A stretch of 50,421 nucleotides of DNA, from positions 1 to 50,421 of the forward strand of contig UYFQ01000771.1 in the NCBI GenBank assembly GCA_900617105.1, read 5' to 3'. Position 1 is the stretch's first letter. The number at the start of each line of letters is the position of its first letter. Shown here one piece after another: positions 10,401-19,967 of the stretch. Position numbers and translations under genes: made by a program. This DNA is from Hydrurus foetidus (taxonomy: Eukaryota). The notes under the pieces are model-generated. The model ran no database searches. It was not told the origin of the DNA and saw only the letters and a list, made by a program, of their open reading frames with translations.

Positions 10401-12221
10401 GACTACGGTGAGAATGGTGCGATTGACATGGGTGCACAGGAACCGAACACACCAGTAGCTACACCGCACACGTACTCAGCGCACGGACACAGGGTGATCC
10501 ATAGATCGGATCTGATGGACATGTTCAGATCAGACAAGCACGGGACAGCACTACTGACACGAAACTACGACTCTGCAGGAGGTGACTGGGGTGAGTTCGT
10601 ACTAAATATATCAGTGAACGAAGCACTGAGGACTAGAGGGAAAGATGCAGAGACTGTCATAAAGAAGGAACTGAGTCAGATGATCGCGAAGAAAGTGTGG
10701 ACGCCTGTAGACATACGCAGACTGTCATACGATGAGAAACGCCGCATCATCAGATCGAGCATGTTTCTGAAGGAGAAGTTCCTCGCCAGTGGGGAGTTCG
10801 AGAAGTTGAAAGCGAGACTAGTAGCGGGTGGAGACCAACAAGACAAGACACTGTATGACGACCTATCCGCACCGACTGTTGGGACCAGTTCAGTGTTCAC
10901 CCTGCTGTGCATCGCAGCGCACGAGGGACGGAAAGTCACAGTGATAGACATCAGCGGGGCATATCTTAATGCCGATATGAATACTGGACTCACTGTGCAT
11001 ATGAGACTAGACAAGAATATGACAGGAATGATGGTGAAGCTCTCACCAGAATATGCGGATTACGTGGATACACGAGGGAGCGTGGTGGTGCGATTAGACA
11101 AGGCTCTCTACGGGTGTGTCGAATCGGCAGCTCTATGGTATGAGAATCTCAAGGAGAGCATGAGAAAACTCGGGTACACACCAAACACCATAGACATATG
11201 CGTGTTCAACAAGCTGAGCGAAACGGGAGTGCAGTGCACAGTCGCAGTGCATGTGGATGACCTAATGATTACTAGCACTGACTCAGGCATGATAGAGTCA
11301 CTAGCAGCAGGGTTGATGGAGAGATACGGTGACATCACCCGAAAAGATGGGCCGATAGTGAACTACCTCGGGATGGTGTTCGATCTAACAGTGAGTGGGA
11401 GTGCTAAGGTGACGATGACTGGATATGTAGACGACATGCTGAGGGAAGTGGGGACGAGCAAGGGTGCACGCACCCCAGCCACCGAGGGGCTGTTCGAAGT
11501 GAGACCGGATGCACTCACAGTGAGTGAGGGACTGAGGGTGATGTTTCACAGGCATGTCGCTAAGATGCTGTATCTAGCGAAGCGTGCGCGACCAGACTGC
11601 CTAACTGCAGTTGCATTCCTAGCAACGAGAGTGACCAAGTGCACAGTGGACGACCTAGCCAAGCTGGATCGGCTCATGAAGTACGTGTGGAGAACGCGAG
11701 AGAGGGGAATAGTACTTGCACCTGGTGTGAAGGGAATAGTGGTGAGTGTGCTGATCGACGCGGCGTTCGGGGTACACGCAGATGGAAGATCGCACACTGG
11801 AAGCTGCATTGTGATTGGAGATAGTGGAGCAGTGCACTGCAAGTCTTCGAAGCAACAGATCGTCACGAAGTCAAGCACTGAAGCGGAGTTGGTTGCGTTG
11901 TCGGACTCAGCGAATCAAGCACTCCACCTGAGGAGCTTCATCATGGCACAGGGACACTCCTGTGGGCCAGTCACTATCCACCAGGACAACATGTCCTGCA
12001 TGGCCCTCATCGACCGAGGACGGTCAGCGGCAGAGCGTACCAGACACATATCGATCAAGTATTTCTGGTTGAAAGAGAGGGTGGACACAGGAGAAGCCAG
12101 GGTGAAGCACCTCGGTACCAAGGACATGTACGCGAACATGTTGACGAAGCCGCTCCAAGGAGCGCAATTCAAGGAAGAAAGAAAGGGAGTTACGGGATGG
12201 CCGGATGAAGACTTAGCTTAG
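7413..12221 (+). CDS. Copia B gag-pol polyprotein with one in-frame TAG at 7701-7703
   Basis: ORFs 7413..7703 and 7863..12221 share a frame with no other stop. CCHC knuckle CYACDGKGHYARNC, PR LLDNEAS, IN SIDIMF/SDGEG/ERKIR, RT KARLVAGG/DISGAYL/KALYG/HVDD, RNase H IDAAF/SSTEAE/QDN. N-terminus aligns with Copia C gag. Confidence 0.93.
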
Positions 12222-12277
12222 ATTATTATTATTTCATAGCGAATGCTTGATAGACAAACTGCGTACAAATGAGTTGT

Positions 12278-12289
12278 GGCAAGAGGGTG
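12278..12289 (+). promoter_or_regulatory. Polypurine tract of Copia B
   Basis: GGCAAGAGGGTG immediately precedes the 3' LTR. Confidence 0.6.
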
Positions 12290-12610
12290 TGTTGGATATA
12301 TCTGAGTTCATGACACGAACACATTATGTGTACTTATGCATTCGTACAGCGGCGTACGGATTTATCTGTGTGTGTGTGTGTGTGTGTATTACGAAGATGT
12401 ACGAGCCTAGAAAGTCACCGTACTTCAAGAAGTAGTGTAAGATTTGAATTTGTAATGGCATCGAAATTGACTGGTGCCTTCAGTGGGGATGAAGCACAGT
12501 CTAATTAACAAGTGATTATCGATACTCTATATCCCATTTCACGAGTCTTGGCAAGTGAGCTAGTGTTCCGAAGGTCCACGTTCTACCCAGGAATCGAAAG
12601 GTTCTCCAAC
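12290..12610 (+). repeat. Copia B 3' LTR (last base displaced to 18218 by Copia C)
   Basis: Identical to 7067-7387 on manual comparison. Confidence 0.96.
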
Positions 12611-12939
12611 TGTTGGAGTATCCGGGAAAAGACACTTCAGTTGTTGTGTGTGCGTGTGTGTGGATCCCGACGGACAGCGGCGTGTACCCTTGGGGTAGTG
12701 GCCGGGACCCCGTTGGTTGCGTGATCTTTACGGACTCTGTCCGTTCAAGATACCCTGATTTGACTGATGCGTGCTTCAATCTTGATGATTGTAAAAGACT
12801 GTGTTGCCGTCGTGACATGGCTGGCAACACAAGTTTAATTATCAAGTGATTAAACAGAGGTCTTATTTCACGAGTCTTGGGTCCGAACTCGACTTACACG
12901 GAGTCACTGAATCCACTCAGATTCACCGAAATCCCAACA
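12611..12939 (+). repeat. Copia C 5' LTR
   Basis: TGTTGG...CCAACA termini; repeated at 17884. Confidence 0.96.
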
Positions 12940-12951
12940 TAATTAAACTTG
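12940..12951 (+). promoter_or_regulatory. Non-tRNA primer-binding site of Copia C, complementary to LTR 12830-12841
   Basis: TAATTAAACTTG is the exact reverse complement of CAAGTTTAATTA at 12830-12841. Confidence 0.75.
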
Positions 12952-12966
12952 AACCAGCGCATCGTG

Positions 12967-15900
12967 ATGCCGCCGAAGAAAGAAGAACTCAAAACTGCAA
13001 GAGAGCCTTGCATGTTGAAGATGGGGCGTCAGAACAACGTGATGCAATGGAAGGAAGAAATGCAAGACGAAGCATGCAGTTTATACGGCATGACCGGCAT
13101 GTTCTTCAGCACCGATGAAAGCCACTTCATACCGTATCCTCGCGAGGAGGATTACATTCCAAGACCTCCACCTCCTGTTAGAGACGAGGAGGAGACTGAC
13201 GACGACGAGTCAGTAGAGGAGGTCGTAGTGGGACCTGCACCTGCACCTGCACCTGTCCCGTTCACAGCTGCATTCCTGGAGAGATTGAGAGCCAATGCGT
13301 TTGAAGGACGCAGGAAGCTAGTCGAAGCGCAAAAGATCGACGAACAAAAGTTGTTCCCACTGATGTTGTCACGGATGTCGACCGCGTCTAAGTCCAAGGT
13401 TCGGGAGGAACCAGGGTACGAGGCTGCGAGGATGAGACTCGACAGTGTCAAACTTTGGGAGTTCATCAAACGCAGTCACCTCACACACGTCTATGGTGAG
13501 GATGATTCGATGCGCGCGGTGAACGTTCACGAGCAGACGATCAGGTACAACTACCTTCGTCAGGGTGATCGTGAGCTCATAGGTGAGTTCAAGACCAGAT
13601 TCGACAACCAACTGGCAGCAAATAGAGGAGTCGGTATGGAGGATGTTGAGGAGTCGATTAGGGCAATCGAGTTCTTAAGCAAACTAGATCCGAAAAGGTA
13701 TACATGTATGCTCACCGTGATGCGTAACAATGCTGTACAAAACTTGCCGAATAGCTACCCTTCTACCTTAGCCGGAGCGTACAGGATAGCTGCGTCCTGG
13801 ACGAACGCGAACGGAGCAGTCCCCCTCGGCGCCGAGCAACATTCCGCGTTTTTGACCGATTTGGCAATGACGACGAAAGAAAAGGGACCCAGAAAGAAAG
13901 TTCATGGGAAAGGTGTTCCGATGAAAAAGAAACCACTTTCATCGGTGATATGTTTCGTCTGTGGCGAAGCCGGGCACTACGCGCGCGACTGCCCGAATCG
14001 AAAAAGCGAAGACCAGGTACTCTATGCTGCCACAGAAGAAGACGTCGATGAGGACGATAGGACCGTCGAGTCGGCTTTCGTTGCCTCGAACGAGGCGGTA
14101 CTCTTCGCCAGGAGCCACGTCCTGCTCGACAACCAGGCGTCCGTCAACGTGTTCTGTAACGCGGACCTGCTTACCGACATTCGTCGCTCCAAGCATGGGA
14201 TCCTGCTCAATGGAGTCCAGGCTGAGACTGAAGCAGTCAGAGTCAATCTGGAAGGAGACTTCGGGGAAGTCGGGCCAGTGTATTACAGTCAGCTCGCCAC
14301 GGCGAACATCCTGTCCTTCGCAGCAATGGTCGACAGTGGAGCTGAGATTCGGTACAGCCAGTCGGATGAAAGGTTCACCCTGAAGCCGAGGGGCAGCCGA
14401 AACATCTACAGCTTTTGTAGGAGACCTGTCAGAGGCTCGGAAGGGAGATTCTACGTCTGTGACGTCGACTCTATGGTGAAGAGAGTGCCGACAAAGCACA
14501 GCGAGGAAACGGTGCTTGTCAACACCGTCAGCGACAACATGACACGGTTCACCAAGCGTGAAATTGCTTCAGCTGCGAAGGCGAGGGAGCTTCTAGCACG
14601 GATGGGATACCCACCCGTAGAGATGGCGATCGCCATGCTGCGCGGGGGGAACAACTTCAAGGTCACCGAGAACGATTTCAGGATAGCTCATTCTATCTGG
14701 GGGAAATGTCTCGCCAGCCTGAAGGGCAAATCTCACAAGATGAAGACGCCCATAGCCGACATCACGCTATGCGCTCCATTAGCACAAAAGCAACAGGTTT
14801 TGGCTGTGGACATTGCCTACATAGACAACACAGCGGTACTTATCGGGGTTGCCACCCCTCTGGACCTCACCCTCTCTAACAGTCTCATACGCTTTGACTC
14901 CACTAAACCCTCTCGATCTGCGCCCGTGGTAAAGGCTGCATTAGAAGAAATGATATCCACTCTCACTTCTAGGAGCTTCTCAGTCAAAGTCATCATGAGC
15001 GACGGCGAAGGTGCCGTCGGCAAAATCACGCCCAATCTCAGGGCGCTGGGGATCGAGGTGGACATCAGTGCAGCGGGTGGCCATGTGGCTAGAATCGAGC
15101 GCCGGATTCAGATGGTCAAAGAACGATGCAGGGCACACATCTGCGGACGACTTCCATTCACTTTAACTGACTTGGGTAACACTATGCTTGTCCTATATTG
15201 CGTCTCACGTATCAACTGTCAGCAATCAGGATCAAGGCCCGGGGGTCTTTCGCCGCGAGAACTTTTTTCCGGACGGCGGGTTGACGGGACCCTGGACTTT
15301 CGCGCCGCCTTTGGGGACTATGCTGTGTGCACCGTGCCCAACACCAATAACACGATGGATTCGCGCACCGAAGACTGCATCGTCATGGGGCCCAATCACA
15401 ACCGCACCGGAAGCTACAAAATGATGTCGCTCGTGTCTGGACGGATCGTATCAAGGGACAACTTCAAGATCCTTCCCATGCCACAGTCCGTCATCCAGAC
15501 GTTGAACTCATGGGCACTACGAGAAGGGAAGAAAATTCCCCGTTCTAAAGTGCATGTATTCGATGAATTGCTGTTTGGAAATCATGACGACAAATCTAAT
15601 ATCCCACAATTCATTACCAACCCCCCCACCCAGGATGGCGTTGTCGACATCCAGATGGGGACTCAGTCGACTGGACCTCAACCTCAACCCGTCATAGCCG
15701 ACCTTCCTCACGCCGACAACGTCATCGAGCTGCCATATTCCGAAGTGGGGGGGGGTACCTGGAGTACTGGACCTTGGGATCATGGCACCTCAAGTGGACG
15801 ATGTCGCCCTACCCATCAAAACTACTGACGCACTCAGTCCACCGCATATCCCCCTGGGGGATCCTTCCCAACCGGTCGATGTACGACATCCACCACCACC

Positions 15901-17761
15901 ACCGATGACAACTGACCTCATCGGAGCTGTACTAAGCGGGTCAGACAGCGCAGCGGCAAGCGGCGCACTACCACCGTCACCTCCTCCTCGAGTCATTGAG
16001 TTCTTTCGCACCGGAGAAGGAGCATTCGTCACGACGAATACGAGCGTACGTACTACAGCCGCTGGATCAGCGACCATCCTACACAGCATCGAGGAAGTGC
16101 TGAAGCGACACGTGCTCGAGACGAGCAGAAACGACACCGCCAACATCAGTGTGAGGGAGGCACTGCGCACTCGGGGTGCAGAGGCAAACAAAGTGATCAC
16201 CCAAGAACTCAAGCAGATGCTTGACAGGAGAGTGTGGGTGCCCATCGAGGGTGCGAAGCTCACCGCGTCGCAGCGATCAGCGGTGATCCGATCATCCATG
16301 TTCCTCAAGCGCAAGAACAATCCCGACGGAACATTCCTCAAGCTCAAGGCGAGGCTCGTAGCTGGGGGGGATCAACAAGACAAGGGTCTGTACGACGACC
16401 TCTCATCGCCCACGGTCTCAACCAGTGCGGTGTTCACACTGCTAGCAGTGGCAGCCCACGAGAACCGACGAGTAGCAGTGGTGGACATCAGCGGAGCATA
16501 CCTCAACGCCTACATGACCAAGGGTGTAGCGGTCCACATGAGACTCGACCGCACGATGACTGGCTTCATTACCAACATCGATCCCAGCTACAAGAAGCAC
16601 GTGGATGCGGGTGGAGGGATCATAGTGCTACTCAAGAAAGCACTCTACGGGTGCGTGGAGAGTGCTGGCCTCTGGTACGACAACCTCAAAGACTCCATGA
16701 GTGCACTAGGGTACACGAGAAACGCGTGCGACCGGTGCGTATTCAACCGGATCGGACCGGATGGAGTCCAATGCACTGCGGCCGTACACGTAGACGACTT
16801 GCTCATCACGAGCAAGAGCAAATCCCTGATGACTCACCTAGTCGAAGGGCTGCGCAATAGGTACGGTGAAATCACACTTACCTACGGTCCCATTGTTAAC
16901 TACCTCGGAATGCGTATAGATCTATCCATACCAGGGCGTGCGGAGATCACCATGCAAGGATACTCGGACGAGGTCGTGTCCACATCAGGGGTGCTCGGGA
17001 CAGCGCGATCACCCGCAACCGACGGGCTATTCGAGACAAGAGAGGGCGCTGAGCTAGCAGGGGAGGCAGCTAGAGTGTGGTTCCACAAAGCTGTCGCCAT
17101 GGTCCTATACCTCGCCAAGCGCACCAAACCCGAGTGCCTCACCGCTGTGTCGTACCTCACCACGCGAGTGACCAAGTGCACGGTGGACGATCTCGACAAG
17201 CTGCAGCGTCTCATTAGATACATCAGAGCAACCCGGGACCATGGACTGGTACTGATGCCGGGTGCAGGGGGGATCACTGTGAAGCTATACGTGGACGCAT
17301 CCTACGGAGTCCACCACGATGTGAAGTCCCACACTGGGAGCTGCATAGTGATCGGAGACATCGGAGCGGTGCACTGTAGGTCGAGCAAGCAGCTCATCGT
17401 CACCAAGTCGAGCACCGAGGCGGAGTTAGTGGGACTCTCCGACTCGGCCAACCAGGGCCTATTCATCCGTACTTTTCTTATCGCACAGGGATACCACATG
17501 CCGGCGATGACGATCCTACAGGACAACCAGTCCTGCATGGCGCTCATAGCGAGGGGGCGATCAGGAGCGGAGCGCACAAGACACATCCAGATACGCTACT
17601 TCTGGGTCAAGGAGCGGGTGGACAAGGGCGAGGCAAAGATCGAGTACTTACGCTCGGAGGACATGTACGCCAACGTACTTACCAAGCCGCTCCAGGGTGC
17701 ACAGTTCGTGCGAGAGAGAGGGTGCCTCACGGGATGGGCACAAGAGACAGCGAGCAATTGA
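12967..17761 (+). CDS. Copia C gag-pol polyprotein, frameshifted at G9 run 15747-15755
   Basis: ATG at 12967 (MPPKK; B starts MPPKC). CFVCGEAGHYARDC, LLDNQAS and IN in the first frame; RT/RH (KARLVAGG, HVDD, YVDASY, SSTEAE) in the +1 frame. Removing one G joins the two frames. Confidence 0.93.
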
Positions 17762-17883
17762 GGGTGCTCAGAGAAAATCCTATTTAGCTTAGACTTACTG
17801 CGTGCAAACCAATTCACCTTGACATCCTATGTTTGAAAATCGAATGCGTGATACAATAACAACTACTGTGTGCCTGTTGGGTG

Positions 17884-18212
17884 TGTTGGAGTATCCGGGA
17901 AAAGACACTTCAGCTGTTGTGTGTGCGTGTGTGTGGATCCCGACGGACAGCGGCGTGTACCCTTGGGGTAGTGGCCGGGACCCCGTTGGTTGCGTGATCT
18001 TTACGGACTCTGTCCGTTCAAGATACCCTGATTTGACTGATGCATGCTTCAATCTTGATGATTGTAAAAGACTGTGTTGCCGTCGTGACATGGCTGGCAA
18101 CACAAGTTTAATTATCAAGTGATTAAACAGAGGTCTTATTTCACGAGTCTTGGGTCCGAACTCGACTTACACGGAGTCACTGAATCCACTCAGATTCACC
18201 GAAATCCCAACA
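17884..18212 (+). repeat. Copia C 3' LTR
   Basis: Near-identical copy of 12611-12939. Confidence 0.96.
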
Positions 18213-18440
18213 CCAACAAAGGCCAGGTTCGCTCTAGCCTACTGTGCACTATCCACCCTCAACTCTCAGAGCACCTTCCTACAGTATTCCCGTCGATAAG
18301 TCATGGGATATCGACGGTGTCAAATCGGTTTGCCAACAGTTTTGACGGAGCGAAGCGAAGTAAACTGTGGCAGAAGAGAGAGCATTCTTCGTATCGTCTC
18401 TGGTCTCGGTGCTGTAAAACTGTCGTTACTTTCGACCAAA

Positions 18441-19532
18441 ATGAAGTTCAACATCATTTACGAGGATTCGTCAGGTGCTTCGGAAAAGTTTGTCGCTTCC
18501 ATAACTGATTACTTAAAAATTGAATATGATCAGTTGCTTCAAGGCCGCAAAATGAGTAATCTCTTTTTAAAAGACACTGACACAAAGATGTGGATTCGCA
18601 TCCCTTCCATTAAAGTACTGCGCTGTCTCTTGTCAGCTGTCAGTGATGAAGTAGCAGCTATATCAATCATATTTTCCGAATTAGATGTGTCGCCAAATCA
18701 ATCTCGTCAATCCAGCCCTGGAAGTGGAGAAAATCCAGATGAAATTGACGACTTTTCTCATCGCGTGTCTAGGATGCGATTGGATTTTAAAGATGAATCA
18801 ACGCTTGGCGGGAGGTCTGCTGCCAACTCGTTGGAATCTTTCACTATGAATAATGTGTCGGACATATTGGCGCAGGAGTTACTGATTCTTCCTGATGACG
18901 ATGATCCTGAAATGACCATAAGAATTCATGCGCCCTCACTTTTGGTGTACATAAGAAGCGAAGTGTTTGACGGCACGCATATATACGACATGACGGTACA
19001 AGCCCAGTCAGAGAGCAAAATGTTGAAAACTACTTTGAAAAAGAATATATGGACTACTTACTTATTAAGAGTGAACGGTCGTTCAGGTATATTTCTGGAT
19101 TTCATGGCTTCTTCATTAGGAAATGTAACTATGCTCGATAGGTCTCTTCTGGAACTACACCAAAAAAGTATCCTATGGAATAAAGTAAAGGTCTTCCATA
19201 ATGATCTCAAGACGTTTGGACAAAGCGCAGAAGCTCAGAAGCGTCTAGATGCAGACCCGATGGCATTTTGTTTCATGTCTTCCATTTATTTTACTGAAAT
19301 TGAGCTGGAATATCTTTATAGTTTTCCTACTTCGTCAGGGTTAACTTGTAAAGAATATCTAAGTGCTTTGATTGAATCCAAAATTGGTTCCGGAATCAAA
19401 AATGCTACATTGTGTACGTCACATGATCTTGCGACCGCCTTTGCCAAAATATACGGGATTCGGAAAGAGTACTCGAAGGATACACAATTCAAGAAATTTT
19501 TAAAAGATTTTGGAAAAGTCCGAAAAGTATAA
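18441..19532 (+). CDS. Hypothetical protein, ~363 aa, no recognised domain
   Basis: Long uninterrupted ORF in AT-rich DNA (track 18303..19532); start at 18441 (AAAATG) is a guess. Confidence 0.55.
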   Translation: MKFNIIYEDSSGASEKFVASITDYLKIEYDQLLQGRKMSNLFLKDTDTKMWIRIPSIKVLRCLLSAVSDEVAAISIIFSELDVSPNQSRQSSPGSGENPDEIDDFSHRVSRMRLDFKDESTLGGRSAANSLESFTMNNVSDILAQELLILPDDDDPEMTIRIHAPSLLVYIRSEVFDGTHIYDMTVQAQSESKMLKTTLKKNIWTTYLLRVNGRSGIFLDFMASSLGNVTMLDRSLLELHQKSILWNKVKVFHNDLKTFGQSAEAQKRLDADPMAFCFMSSIYFTEIELEYLYSFPTSSGLTCKEYLSALIESKIGSGIKNATLCTSHDLATAFAKIYGIRKEYSKDTQFKKFLKDFGKVRKV

Positions 19533-19719
19533 TCTTGATGTCGATACAAATGTTTCTTACATAAATGGAGTCAAATAATTCTGTAAATATCCAAAAAAAT
19601 GACAAATGAATTACTTAAATATCTTATTGTCGATACAAAGATTTCTTACCAGTCAATTTACGAACGAGCTAATACCACCGGAGCGAGCGACCAGTACTCG
19701 TGGAAGCATAATTTCCGTA

Positions 19720-19813
19720 TTGAGTCCAAAAGCAAGCGTTCGAACTCGTAATGTATGAACTCTTCATAAGGTCGCGCAAGCGCAAAGGGCGCCCTTCGGG
19801 CGCCTCTCCTTAA
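19720..19813 (+). repeat. Diverged copy of the 3' end of the array unit (double hairpin)
   Basis: TTGAGTCCAAAAGCAAGC...GCGCAAGCGC...GGGCGCCCTTCGGGCGCCT; stems kept, loop changed, ends in TTAA rather than CTAG. Confidence 0.8.
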
Positions 19814-19967
19814 TTGTCTGAACCATATTCGCATTGTATAACGAATATTTGACACCATATATTCTGCAGATAATTAAAACTGTTTCGTTGGAAACAACAA
19901 TTCAATGTTTCATTGACTGTTTTAATTGTCTAATATCAGTTGAGAAAATAATAATGAAGGAAATCCG

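Larger units (their letters stand above)
12611..18212 (+). mobile_element. Ty1/Copia LTR retrotransposon C, nested in the 3' LTR of B
   Basis: 329-bp LTRs at 12611-12939 and 17884-18212 (2 differences seen); TSD CCAAC at 12606-12610 and 18213-18217. Confidence 0.96.
7067..18218 (+). mobile_element. Ty1/Copia LTR retrotransposon B, full length, 3' LTR interrupted by Copia C
   Basis: Two identical 322-bp TG...CA LTRs (7067-7388; 12290-12610 plus final A at 18218); 5-bp TSD AAGGC at 7062-7066 and 18219-18223; gag-PR-IN-RT-RH order. Confidence 0.96.

Noticed and set aside
87..18508. Many short antisense or alternative-frame ORFs over the Copia elements and LTRs
   Set aside because: Shadows of long GC-balanced pol frames; no motifs.
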